This document shows, piece after piece, positions 22,831 through 36,076 of a stretch of DNA of 64,000 nt (positions are counted from its first letter, which is position 1; the number at the start of each line of letters is the position of its first letter). The notes under the pieces are model-generated. The model saw nothing but the letters and a program-made list of their open reading frames with translations, ran no database searches and was not told the origin of the DNA. The position numbers and the translations under genes were made by a program. The stretch comes from Takakia lepidozioides (lineage: Eukaryota > Plantae > Bryophyta). The stretch lies in assembly GCA_030704615.1 (NCBI GenBank), contig CM060731.1, positions 20,336,001 through 20,400,000 on the forward strand, read 5' to 3'.

Positions 22831-25368
22831 ATGGCAGGGTTGAATCGGTCTCAGTTGTTCAAATCAGGCATCTCAACCCTAGCCACTGCTTTTCAAAGAG
22901 GAACAAGAGAGGAAGTCCACAAGAACTCTTCTGAATTTTGTGGGGATGTGAGGACACGATGTAAGGCAGGACAACTGAAAGATGCGATTCACATTTTGGA
23001 CCAAGGAAGCATTTTGGCTGACCCCAATACTTATGTATGTCTCTTAGAGACGTGCATCAAAATGAAACGCCTAGCAGAGGGAAAGCAGGTGCATACCCAC
23101 ATTATTCAAAGTGGATACAAACCAAATCTCCTTGTACTCAACACCCTCATCAACATGTTTGCCAAGTGTGGAAGTGTGGTGGATGCACGCCTAGTGTTTG
23201 ACAAAATGCTTGAACGAGATATGCTTACATGGAATACAATGATAGCGGGCTATGCAAAGCATGGGTGTAGTAGAGAGGCCCTCGAGATTTACAAGCTAAT
23301 GATACTGAAAGGGGTGAAGCCTGACAGGGTCACATTCATTTCTGTCCTCGGGGTGTATGCCAGCCTGGAAGCCCTGGGAAAGGGCATTGAGGTTCATCAT
23401 GACATCCTCAAAGCTAGAATCGCACCAGATATCATTCTGGCTACTGCCCTTGTTGGCATGTATGCCAAATGTGGGAGCATCGAGTATGCGCGTCAAGTGT
23501 TTGACAGTATGACTCAACGAAATATGGTCTCATGGAGTGTGATGATTGCAGGGTATGCTCAGCATGGGTGTGGTAGGGAGGCTTTGGAGATCTATGAGCA
23601 AATGATATGGGAAGGTGTGACACGCACTCAGGTCACATTTGTTTGCATTCTCAAGGCATGTGCAAGCCTGGCAGCTCTGGAAAAGGGTAAAGAGATTCAT
23701 GCTGACATCATTGAAACTGGAATTCAGCCGAATATCATTCTGAAGAATACTCTTTTGAGCATGTATGCCAAATGTGGGAGCATGAAGGATGCACTTCGAG
23801 TGTTTGATAAAATCGCTGAACATGATGTGGTCACCTGGAGCATAATGATCACAGGATAAGTCCAGCAGGGGTGTGGTAGGGAGGCCTTGCAGACCTATGA
23901 GGAGATGGTAAGGGAAGGCGTGGCGCCGGACAAAGTTACTTTCATTTGCTTTGTCAACGCATGTGCCAGCCTGGCAAACCTGGAAAAGGGCAAGGAGATC
24001 CATGGTAACATCATCAAAGCTGGAATTGGGCCAGATATTATTCTGGAGACTGCCCTTGTTGACATGTATGCCAAATGTGGGAACATGAAGGATGCACAGC
24101 AAGTGTTTGACAACATGTCTCACCGAAATGTGGTGTCATGGAACACATTAATCACCGGATATGCTCACCATGGTTGTTGTGGACAGGCCCTGCAACTATT
24201 TGAGCAAATGGAGCAGGAAGGTATGAAGCCCAATCTGGTCTCATGGAGTACAATGATTGCAGGATATGCTCAGCGTGGGTTTGGTACGGAGGCTTTGGTG
24301 ATGTATGAACGAATGGTATGGAAAGGAGTGACGCCAGACAAGGTCACATTCATTAGCGTTCTGAATGCTTGTGCCAGCCTTGCAGCCCTTAAAAAGGGCA
24401 AAGAGGTCCATGCTGACATCGTCAAAGCTGGATTTCCACCAGATGTCATTGTGGAGACTGCCCTTGTTGCTATGTATGCCAAATGCAGAAGCATGAAGGA
24501 TGCACGTCAAGTATTCAACAATATCGTTGAATGCAATGTAGTCTCCTGGAGCGCTATGATTGCTGGATATGCTCAGCATGGGTGTGGTAAGGAGGCTTTG
24601 CAGTTGTATGATCAAACGATAGGGAAGGGGGTAAAGCCAGACAAGATCACTTTCATTTCCGTTCTCAATGCGTGTGCCAGCCTGGCAGCTCTGGAAAAGG
24701 GCAAAGAGGTCCATGCTGACATCCTCAAAGCTGGAATAAGGTCATACATTGTTTTGGAGAATGCCCTTGTCAACATGTATGCCAAATGTGGGAGTTTAAT
24801 GGATGCACATCAATTGTTTGATAGTATGGATCAACGAGATGTGGTCTCCTGGAGTGTTATGATTGCTGGATATGGTCAGCATGGATGTGGTAAGGAGGCC
24901 CTCCAACTGTTTGAAGTCATGGCACAGGAAGGCTTGAAGCCGAGCTCTATCAGTTTTACATGTCTTCTCTCTGCATGTAGCCATGTGGGCCTAGTTGATG
25001 AAGACAAGCACTATTTTGCCTCGATGAGTCAAGATCATGGTCTCACTCCTAAAGTTGAGCATTTCGCATGTATGGTGGATCTTCTTGGCCGTGCAGGGCA
25101 TATGGAGGAGGCAGAGAAGTTCATTAGCAGAATGCCAATTGAACCAGCTGCTGCCGCGGTGGTGTGGGGGACCTTACTTGCTGCCTGCAGAACTCATGGC
25201 AATGTGGAGGTGGCAGAACATGCGGCAGACTGCCTCCTCAAGTGGGTTGCACAGGATGCTGCAACTTATGTGTTGCTATCTGACATCTGTTCTGCAGCTG
25301 GAGGGCGGGAGGATACTGCAAAGGTGGGAAAAATGATGATGGAGATGGATAGGTGTCATAAGTCATAA
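22831..25368 (+). pseudogene. PLS-PPR-E gene 2, in-frame stop, DYW scrambled
   Basis: PLS array interrupted by TAA 23857-23859 (TAC in the paralog near 49905). Ends within E2 and is followed by DYW debris. Confidence 0.9.
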
Positions 25369-25975
25369 CACACCTGAAGGTTCTTGATGGCTCAGAAGGG
25401 GGTCCCAGGGGCTGTGCTGGAGTGGTTGGTTGGCCACCCTCAGTGACTGCTGCCTGCGGAACTCATGGCAACGTGGAGGGGGCAGGGCCCAGCAGGATGC
25501 CTTCTCAAGTGGGATGAACAGGATGCTGCAAAGAAGAGCAAAAGGCCCTCTCTATGTACCACAATCAGAAGCTGCCCATTGCTTTTGGGCTTCTCAGCCC
25601 CTGGGGCATCTCTCCACACTATCCAGAAGCTTCAATTGTTCACACTGCCTCCGAGTTTATTTCCAAGATTGATGGGCGAACAGTTGCACATAATGCCTTC
25701 CAAGATGGTATATGAATTCGAGGGGAATCACAGTGGCTTAGAAAGTTTTGGGTGGGAGGATTCGTGACTGCTGCCTGCGGAACTCATGACAATGTGGAGG
25801 GGGCAGGGCCCAGCAGGATGCCTCCTCAAGTGGGACTGCAACTTCTGTGTTCTATCGGACATCTGTGCTGTGGCTGGGGGGTGGGAGGATACTGCAAAGG
25901 TGAGAAATGACAGTTGCCATAGCACACCTGAAGGTTCTCGATGACTCAGAAAGGGGTCCCAGGGGCTGTGTCTCA
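25361..25975. pseudogene. Rearranged E/DYW fragments in both orientations
   Basis: Minus strand STAPGTPF*AIKNLQVCYD (25361-25418) and a second copy at ~25912-25970. Plus strand EEQKALSMYHNQKLPIAFGLLS...HTASEFISKI...FQDG (~25530-25730), plus repeated HGNVE fragments. Confidence 0.75.
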
Positions 25976-26379
25976 CACCTGTGACAACAGAAATGTCCTT
26001 TACTCCTCGCCACGGTTTTTGTAAAAGTGTGAGCCAGGCATGTATTTGGCCCCTTCGTTCGTCTTCAGCTTTTCATGGATTCTCAATAGGTGCATGCAAT
26101 TTGTTGCACACAACAGATGTCTACGGTTAGCTGTTGAGCTAAATGTGGTAGCAAAGGTTGATACTTGATACCGACTGTTGCAGTCACTGACATGAGTAAT
26201 GTCTTCAGACTTGACTGATTACTTCGTATAGAAGTTTTCGACCCTCACATGGAGGCAATGCACCTCCTGTCATGCACGTTACTTGTTGCACCAGTAATCA
26301 CCACACAACTGACCCTGTAATGGAAGTGACTAGCATCCTGTATAGTATTTGTATGGATCACAATCTTTGAGACGAGGGG

Positions 26380-27950
26380 ACACGAGACAACACCTGCCAA
26401 CACCAGTCAACACCTTTTAAGCAGATCGAACCATCTGCGTTGAAGTCCAATATGGTGCGGTAGAGTCTAAGGCCAAAATACGTATAGAAGGACCGTATGT
26501 GATTTATGAGATGGTTGCAGGCAACAAGGCATGGTTATATACCATTCTTTCAAAGAAATTGCTGAGGATGTACCTATTACTGATCTACTGCACTCCAGGC
26601 GTCAGTTTGATCTAACCTGTATTAATGCGGAAGGGAGGAGGGTGGAGATGCCCCCCATGAAGAAGACTCGTGGCTGATCTTACTTGTATCTACGTATAGC
26701 TTTGTGTTGCTGCGATCCTGGACTGGCCATTATGGTTGTGAGGGTTGGGATTTTTTCTGCACGGCAGGTTTTTTCATCCCAATCGAGGCTTGAAGGTGGG
26801 GGCAACTTGCAGCTCCCACCATGACGTTTCAGATACTGCCTCTTTTGGGTTGAGACTTTCTAAGTTCCTGTCCCTCTGCCTCCTCAGCTCCCTATTATGC
26901 TCAGCTATTTGGGACCTTAATGACTCCGTAGGCTTGACCTTTTGCTCCCAAGGTGTTTGATTTCAACGATCACATTTGGATCTGGTTGCTTCAGATTTCT
27001 CTTCAGAATTTCTCAACCCCGGTTGCTGCATCACAGCATCACAATACGCATGTAAGCCATAACTGTCGCATATGGACACGTTCCCATTTCAAAATGTATA
27101 TAAGTTCCCAATACCTTTCATGGGAACAACCCATGACATAAGGTTGAGGGTGAATTCACCAAACGGATGCGCAGTCCCTACCCTTAGAAAAAGGGCAGGG
27201 CCAACAAAGACGCATTAGATTGATTGCTCTTGAACTTGGAGGAAAGAGAATCGATTCATACTACTGGGAAAGAGCCAACTACAAGATGATCCGACAATGC
27301 CAGAGAGCAAGTGCATGTACAGAGAGTGAAGCATCATCTCCGTATCGGATTATAAGCAAGGCCATGCCTCGTTGCACCTGGGTGTGATTCAGACCCAGTA
27401 AAATTCTCCTTATATGTACATTAGAAACAAAGGTTTGCTGGACAAACGTTGGAAGGTAAGAAGATGCTTGACAACGCCTGGTCGCCAATGGAGAAGCCCA
27501 CACCCGAGGCCCGATCTTTTACCCGTACATCACTAATAAGAGCACAGGTTGCGGAGCTGATAAAGGCATCCACTTAGCAATGTCGGGACTGAAGCCCTTG
27601 CAAGGGATGGCGATGACACCCGCCCAGCCTTCAGGAAAAGCGAAGAAAGGTAGGTATAGACGTGTAACACTTTGGGTGTTGTTGGGTGTCCCCAAACTTA
27701 TGCAGGCCTGTGTTTTCCTTGACAATTCCCACAACCAACTACATCCAGTTTCGGCAAAGAAGTCCACAATCGACACCCTTACATCGGCATCTCCTGATAC
27801 TTCTGTTGCGCTTCAGTCTTTTCATTCAATCATGTAGATGGCTTGATTGCGATACCCCGTTTTTGTGCACAAACTGGAAACAAGTTCAGGGAAATTTATG
27901 CTTATTCCTTAGAGAGAGAGAAGTGTTTGGAAACCTACACTAGCAGTCCT
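26380..27950. mobile_element. Highly degenerate retroelement remnant(s)
   Basis: Plus strand GPYVIYEMV (integrase GPY-like, ~26490) followed by a purine tract (~26628-26647). Minus strand CGNCQGKH knuckle-like string near 27710-27735. Confidence 0.3.
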
Positions 27951-28385
27951 CCATAAGACTCAGGCAATTAGGAGCTGCTGAATATCTATCTTTAGTGGTA
28001 TTTGCATGAAGGCATGAGCATAGAACATTTGGGGAAGGAATCCATGTCAGGCCCTTTGCAAGAGCAGGGACAACAGGCTGGATAATTTGAAACAATCACG
28101 CACATTTCAAATTTCAGTTCCCAGGATAGAAAGGATATTGATCCTAGAATCATTTATTTTGTAAACTCATCATATGGTGTCAGTTGCTGTTATTTGGCAG
28201 TCAAGAGGTTTGTCTGTAGCTCGAAATTGTGGCCTGTTGTGTGAAACAACGATTGTGGAGCAAGCTTTTAGGGGTTGTAGCCTGGTCTATGTGAGGCTGT
28301 GGTTGAAGCTTATGGTTGCTCAGCTGCCAACTCATCATCTTCACAGAAGAGTCCAAGCCCAGCAGACTTAAGATCTACAAGCAAA

Positions 28386-31028
28386 ATGAGGTCCATTGGA
28401 TCGAGAGTTGCTCAAACACTTCAAGGTCTAGCCCAATGGGAACGTGGATGGATATCAGAGTATGGCTCTAATTCTGGTGTGACCATTGGAGCTCCATTGA
28501 AATTCCAGTATGAGAGTCCAGCTTCTGGTGGGATGGCATACTATGGTTGGAGTACGAAGTTTCATCATACTCCGGCCGTGGAAGACCAGGAGTTCCTCTC
28601 AGAGCCTTCAGAGTGGTTGGACAACAGGGTTGGGAAGGTGAGGCTATCTGCATTTGGGACATGGAGTTTGTCAAGGAGAATTTGTCACTGACACTGGCAC
28701 AAGTCTCTTTGGTGGCTCCAGCTCTTAATTTAATAAAAGTTTGCTTTTCGTTTTGAAAAGGAGGCATAAGTTTCTTATTGTTTCTATCAGTTGTTCTTCA
28801 TTGTTAGCAGGGAATTAAAGTATGTTGTTCAAGGTTGTAACCAATCCGTGCTTTGGTGTTGTAGGTGAGGTCATGGTGTAGTATAGCTGGCTGAGCTGCC
28901 AATGCTTGATTTTCACAGAAATGTCTGAAATCACCAAACCTCAGAGATAAGTGCAGAAGGGAGGTCCTGTGCATGGAGGGTTGGTCAAACCGTCCTTGGA
29001 TGATAGCAGAGCTAGCTCCAATGGCACAATCTGGTGATGGATCTGTTGTGGATGTACGTCACGGAGGTCCAGGCCAAGAATACAACAGGTATTGTGTTGA
29101 TGATAATGCAAGGGTTGTTTCAGCTTATTCTCAAAAGTAAGTGGCTGCAATTGTTCGAATGCTCCTCTTGAAGACATCTTTCTTTGGAAGCAGTTAGAAG
29201 ATTTGAGATATTTTATGAGTTTTAGTGTCAAAATATTGTAAATAAGAGATTTGAGGCATGCAGGATGGCAAGGTTGGATCAGGCGCAGTTGTTTGTTGAG
29301 CATGAAATTGGGGGTTTTGCCTGGAGCGTCACCACAGCTTTTCAGAGACCCAGAGAGGGAGTCAACAAGCGGTTTTCTGGCATTGCTGGGTATGTGAAGG
29401 AACTATGTAAGGCAGGACGATTGAAAGAGGCGGTGCACATTGTGAACCGAGGAGGCTTCCAGGCGGACTCAAGTACCTACATCTGTCTCTTGCAGGAGTG
29501 CATGAACATGAATGACCTAGCAGAGGGAAAGCAGGTGCACAACCATATCATCCAAAGTGGATTCAAACCGGATATCTTTGTACGCAACACCCTCACCAAC
29601 ATGTATGCAAAGTGTGGGAGCATGATAGATGCGCGCCAAGTGTTTGACACAATGCCTGATCGAGATATGTTTACATGGAGTATAATGATAGCAGGATATG
29701 CCAAGCATGCGTGTGGTAGGGAGGCTCTAAAAATCTATAAGCAAATGGAAGGGGAAGGGGTTATTCCCAATAGGGTCACATTCATTTGTGTTCTGAATGC
29801 TTGTGCCAGCCTAGGAGCTCTGGAAAGGGGGAAAGAGGTCCATGCTGACATCATCAAATCTGGAATTGCATCATATATTAATTTGGAGAATGCCCTTGTG
29901 GTCATGTACACCAAATGCGGGAGCATATGGGATGCACAACAAGTTTTTGACAGTATGGCCCATAGAGATGTGGTCTCTTGGACTGCAATGATCACAGCAT
30001 ATGCTCAGCATGCGTGCGGTAGGGAGGCATTGAAGACTTATGAGCAAATGCAAGATGAAGGGGTGGTGCCCAATAGGGTTACTTTTATTTCTGTTCTAAA
30101 CGCATGTGCCAGCCTAGGGGCCCTGGAAAAGGGTAAAGAGGTACATGCTGACATCACCAAAGCTGGAATTGCCTCATGTGTTAAGTTGGAAAATACCCTT
30201 ATCGATATGTATGCCAAGTGTGGGAGCATGAAGTATGCACATCAAGTGTTCAGCGGTATGGCTAAACAAAATGTGGTCTCATGGAATGCAATGATCGCAG
30301 GATACACTCAGAGTGGTTGTGGTAGAGAAGCTTTTGAGATTTATGAACAAATGCAACGGAAAGGTGTGGCACCTGACACAGTCACATTTACTTGCGTGCT
30401 CAATGCGTGTACCAGCCTAGGAGCCCTTGGAAAGATCAAAGAGGTCCATGTTGAGATCATGAAATCTGGAAGTGCAGCAGATGTCATTTTAGAGACTGCC
30501 CTTGTTGTTGTGTATGCCAAATGTGGGAGCATGAATGATGCACATGAAGCATTCGATAATATGGCCACACGAGATGTGATCTCATGGAATGCCATGATCA
30601 CAGGATATGCTCAACATGGGTGCTGCAAGGAGGCCCTCCAACTTTTTGAACAAATGGTACAGAAAGATGTCAAGCCGGACTGTATCACCTTCATATCCCT
30701 TCTCTCTGCATGTAGCCATATGGGCCTCGTGGATGAAGGCCTTCACTACTTTGATTCCATGGGTATAGATCATGGCCTCACTGCTACAGTGGAGCATTAT
30801 GGCTGTGCGGTGGACCTTCTTGGCCGGGCAGGACGATTGGTTGAGGCTGAGAACTTGATTAACAAGATGCCAATTGAACCGGGTGTTCGGGTCTGGGGGT
30901 CCTTGCTTGGTGCCTGCAGGATTCACAGTAATGTGGAGGTAGCAGAACGTGCTGCAAAGAGCTTTATCAAGTGTCCACAGCAAGCTGCACCTTATGTGCT
31001 GCTATCAAATAATCTACACTCTGGTTAG
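28386..31028 (+). CDS. PDF-motif + PLS-PPR gene 3, C-terminally frameshifted in the E domain (DYW decayed)
   Basis: Exons ~28386-28637, 28919-29088 and 29264-31028 splice in frame. QEFLSEPSEWLDNRVGK|KCLKSPNLRDKCRREVLC..W..RPWM, then the PLS array. Start codon uncertain. Confidence 0.75.
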
Positions 31029-31430
31029 AAGATGGCAAGAGGACACATACGAAGAATGTAGGACAGGTGTTAGAGAGGAGGCAGGGCACAGCTGCATTGA
31101 AGTCGGCAATCAGGTGCATACCTTTATTCTGAAGACAAATTGCATCCACAAACTGGGGAAATCCGTACCATGCTGAAGAGATTGTGTGGGCAGATGGAGT
31201 GACAAACGCTTTGTAATGCATGATTCAGAGTAGCAAAAGGCGCTCTCTCTGTACCACCACAATCAGAAGCTGCCCATTGCTTTTGGGCTTATCAGCACAT
31301 CCCCTGGGGCATCTCTCCGCACTATCCAGAAACCGCACTGTCTCCGAGTTTATTTCCAAGGTTATGGGCGAACAGTTGCACACAATGCCTTCCAAGATGG
31401 TATATGAATTCGTGGGGATTACCATTGAAT
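31029..31430 (+). pseudogene. Degenerate E2/E+/DYW tail of PPR gene 3
   Basis: EAGHSCIEVGNQVHTF, HHNQKLPIAFGLISTS and SEFISKV...FQDG in broken frames. Confidence 0.8.
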
Positions 31431-34400
31431 CCAGTAACATGCAAGGAATCACAGCGGTTTAGAAAGTTTTGCACCAAATGGTTGAACACGGGGGATCCCC
31501 AGAAGATTCAAAGAAAAAATCTTTGTAGTGTTCGGGGAAAATCTTGCATTGCACTCTGTTGCCAATGTACTCTACTTTCCACATCAGGAAGCTTTCAAAT
31601 TGGCAGCTCTCTATATGGTATTCACCAGAGTTGTAAACGTCAGGGTTGATCTACGACCCACTGGCCCTCGTAGCAAGAAAAGACATTTAAGCTGGCATGA
31701 CGTTGGTGAATTTTTTCATTGTGGAACTTGCTGGAGCGGAAGGTCTGGAGTCGAAGACAGTGGAGGTGGTCCAGAAGATGCTTTAGAGATGACCAGTCTC
31801 AAATTGCAATATTTTCGGAATAGGGAACGTGCTCAGGGGCAGTTGCTACCATTTCCGAGCCTGAACTTGGGACCTGCAACAAAGTTATTTCTCAAAATCC
31901 TTCTTCGCATTGAAGAGCAAAATGCTGCTGGTAAGTTCCTCATATCATCGCCATCTCATTGGCAATTTGAAAAGTAATTGTTGTGGAGTCCACTGATCCA
32001 CACATGTTGCTGTCGCATAAGTACATGGAATGCTGATGAATTCCAGTGAACATGTTTTCTTAAGGGATGTTATTTTTCGCTGCTGAGAAAAACATAGATG
32101 CTTCTATATTGCAGGGTTGCCAGGGTGAGCACTTGGACCGGGAAGGCAGATGACTGCCATTGGCGATGAAGGTAATCAGTGATAACAATTGTGGTTAGGG
32201 GAGAAGCCCACAGGCTGTTCTTCAAGGACCTAGTGTTGGGAATGAAAGTTATGTGACCAGCGAAGAAGAAGCTGCTCGAGCATCCAATGCTATAGGTGTG
32301 GGCATGCTTCGGAGTTAGTGGATTCTCTTTGATTTTGATGAAACCTCCGGAGTCCCTTCATTTTCAGGACATGGTTTTAAACTGGTTATGCATGCCCCTG
32401 AAATTATCACTGCACCTCATTTTGAAAAGATTGATATCTTGGGGGTGGGCCATCTTTTGCAAACCTGGCCAATTGCAGTAATGAGTTTTCAACTTAGCAA
32501 TCTGAAAAGTTTCTGTGATGGAGAATGCAGATCTTCAGGCATCAGCTCGCAAAACCACAAAATGTATTTATTAACCCTCAAGTTCCCAAGCCCTTTTTTG
32601 ACTTTTTAACAATTCTGGGTACCCAGCTGCAGTAAATTGCCCATAGAAACTTACCAAAAATCATTCAGAGATTCCAGTGGGCCCACCTCATTTATGCATG
32701 ACATACCAAGAACTGAGCCAACTCCACCGTGGAAATTGTGAGATTATAGCGTTGGCCCGGACCTCAAATATCAGGTCCCAAAGAAAAAGTGAGAAAGAAA
32801 TTGGTTTGACCAAATCAAAACCTAGCTTTCTCCAATTTTGCTTGCCCCAAGACCCACCATTTCCAAATCAATAGTGGAGTGGCTATGACCCCACTAAATC
32901 GCAGGTCCAATTGATTTTTTCACTTATGGTTGCTTTGCATGCAATTACATGGGGGTTGAAATCTCAAAATTGACAAGAGAAAATGTGCCTCCAAATGAAG
33001 TACTTTTTTTTCTACAAATTTCTTAAAAGCCAAACTGTGGATGTGTGTATGTAATGCTCACAGACCAACAACGTGAAGTGTTTTTTCCAAAATTGTTAAT
33101 TTTCTGCCAAAAATGGCCTTTGGAGTGCAATGTGTTTTGGGCTTGTTACCTGCCACGTCAGCGGTCAACAAGCCCTTTTCAGGCCGAAAACGTAAATGAG
33201 AGATCTAAGATATTTTTTGTAGTCGTAGCTTTTGTTTTTTTTTTAATTTTGTTTTTTGCATCATACTCGAGACAAATCCCTTGTCATTAAAGCTTCAGGA
33301 GTGGGCCCCATCTGCAAAAATTAGGTCGAACTGCAAACTCAAAGTGACCCGATTCAGGTCGCTTGGGAACTTAAGGGTTAAAGTATCTCTGATAAGTGCA
33401 TGGAAGCTCTTGAAGTTGATGGTTTGAGTTCTCTAATGCACCTCATCATGCAAGGAGCAAATTGGCCATCACTCATTTCTTAAGCTCCTCAGTGCAGACT
33501 GGTCATGACATCTGCAACTTGAAGCTTGACTCTACTCTTTACCGGTCACATAAATACACACAAGATGCAGCAGAGAGAGGCACACGGCAATTCGGTTGCA
33601 GTTCTCCCTCTCTCGTTTGGATGGGACCCCCATCCCAAGGTAAAAGAGCATGCATGCTTAAAACCTCTTCAATGCTTCATCTGCTCACCAAAAGCAAAAG
33701 AGCAGTCCTGACTTGAGGAATACACGGAGGACACTTTCTAATATCAGATGGTGCGGAGAGGAACTGTTGTGGCCCACTCCTTCTATAATCTGAACAAACA
33801 AGCAAACACACACCACAAAAACCTGCATAGCTTTATAAAAAGACCCAAGTGGGGTGACTGTACAAATGGGTATAACTGTCCCCAAGAGGTAAAAAATCAA
33901 AGCTCGTAGAGCTAGATATATTGAGACAAAGAAAGAAATCAATTATTCTAGTATTCTAGTAAGCAAGCACTGAATCGCTAATGAAGCTTCTATTTTGCTG
34001 CAGCTCAACCGATCCGATGTTTCATGGGAAATCTCCTCTCGCCGACAAGCGCCTCCTGCGCTGTTCCAACTGTCTGAGTCGATCGAAGAGCAGCAGTCCG
34101 TCGTCAATGCAAGTCCGAGTCTGCTGCAGTCTGCACGACCTCCCGTCGCCCTCGCCCACCGGCAGGGAGGACGGATCCAGGGTGGGGTTTAGGGCTTAAG
34201 TTAGTGAGACGACAACCATCCATATTCACATCCATCCTACTTTCATCCAATCCACGCGCCAGCTAAGGGCGTTACAAATCTGGTCAAACCGGTAGGGTTT
34301 GACCATACCCTACGTGGCTTCGCTACGTGGCGCAAATCAGGTGCTGGGCCCCCCCTTCAGGCTCGCCGTCTTTTGGTTTTACGGCACCAAACACGGAGCC

Positions 34401-35471
34401 CGCAGTATAATATGATTCGCCATTATTTATTTCCCCTCTTTATTATTTTTAATTACTTTTGTTTTTTCTATTCATTACTCGAAATTCTAATATCTAATAT
34501 GCATGATCTCCGCAGTGTCGTGTCGGCGGGCCGTGCCATTATTCTCACGATCGATATTTCTTGTCGAAATTATAAATTACAATTACACAATTACTATTGG
34601 CGGTACGAATGTTTTGTTACGAAGTCAAAGGCGAGCAGTTCGGTCAAAGTTACCCGCCGTGAACGCACTTCCGAGGCCCACGTGTTGGCATCCCGCCGCT
34701 TCTTTGACCGTGCGCAGTATTCTCATACGTATCTCAACGAGTACGTACATACGGACATACCGGGTGAACAAGTACATCGAGCCGGGCAGCTGTGGAGGAT
34801 GCAGCTTCTGTTTGGTGGGCAGAGTGGCACCACGTGGAGCTACCGATATGGGGTTCATGGAGAAGCAGCCAGTCGCCATCTGCCAAGTAGGACATGCACC
34901 GGGAATGCAATACCGGAGCGGACAGCTGTCGGGTTATGATTCGGGAATATGCTGCTAGAGGGAGAGGGTCAGGCTGGGACTCGGATTCGGTCCCAGAATA
35001 GAAGGAGTCTATCCGGGAGAAATAAATTAGTAAGCGAAACTAGGATGAATGGTCGCCCGCGGGCAGTCAAACTCACGAGTAGTGAGTTTGACCGCGGATT
35101 CCGTCCCGTTGGCAAGTCGGTTCCAGGCGGAGAACGACAAGGGGGGGATGTGAGGATGAAAGGTGGGTTTCATCCGCATTTTCCAAGGATGGCGATGATA
35201 TTCCGGGTGTTTTGGTTGGGCGTAACGCAGGTTGCGTATATCGGGGGCGGGCAGACAGGTCTGCCCGCGGGGGAGGCGGCGGGAGGGCAGGCGTGGCAGC
35301 CTTGGAGGCTGCCCGCGTCGTCTCGCACTGATGAGGGAGCAGCCGATCGCTTGGTCAGTTTGTCTCTTTGCGCAAGCCTGGATTGGGGAGCTGGTTTCGG
35401 AGGTCCCAGCTCTGCTCAATCCTTGTGTTGTCCGGTCACCTGGAGACACAGCTTTGAAGGTCTGCTAGAGG

Positions 35472-35475
<4 letters not shown>

Positions 35476-35510
<35 letters not shown>
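35476..35510. repeat. (CT)n microsatellite upstream of the VQ gene
   Basis: About 17 CT units; an interrupted (GA)n tract follows at ~35738-35766. Confidence 0.95.
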
Positions 35511-35514
<4 letters not shown>

Positions 35515-36076
35515 CTAACAAATACTGGGAAGCTTTTGTGTGTGAGCTCTGCAGTGTGGTGTGTTCTTCTCCAGCTTCGGAGAAGTTGCACTCGAAGCTC
35601 CTCCCTCAAGGATTTGCTTTTCGGAGAAGCGGGTTGTGTGGATCTCAAGGGTGATGTGTCTTCTTTTTCTGGTTCTGCTCGGAGGTGTAGACCTCAATTG
35701 ACAAAAGAGGAACCTTGTGCATACGCGAGGGACAACTGAGAGAGACTAGAGAGAGAGAGAGAGAGATTGGTGCAGAAGCTATTCTGTGGATATATAAAGG
35801 CTTTTCGGCCGGTGGAAAAGATTCTAGATACTAGAGACTGTTCTATAGCTCGAATACTGGAATCAATCAGGAAAGTTCCGTCAGGGTACGGGCGGTGGAT
35901 GTGTAAGAGCAGATTACACCACCCTCTACCCAGCAACTCGAGCACAAGGGACAATGGGAGTATGTACTAGCTCGTACCCAGCTGTTTCCCTGTAAGAGAA
36001 GCGGGAGCGAGGAAGAGCAGCAGCTACATACTGCGAAAAATTTAGAAGAATAAAGCTGGCAGGAGTAGAACGCTGC

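Noticed and set aside
23857-23859. Stop codon rescued by U-to-C editing
   Set aside because: This is a nuclear gene, and the paralog has TAC (Tyr), so it is a C>A mutation that editing would not restore.
17704-30983. Recurrent antisense ORFs (MLPHLAYM...) over the PPR genes
   Set aside because: Shadow frames produced by the repeated PPR codons.
31528-32300. Possible gene fragment downstream of PPR gene 3
   Set aside because: Splice-like signals are present but no recognisable protein, and part of it is duplicated flank sequence.
34373-35518. 188-189 aa ORFs upstream of the VQ gene
   Set aside because: No recognisable domain; GC-rich promoter/UTR sequence running into a microsatellite.
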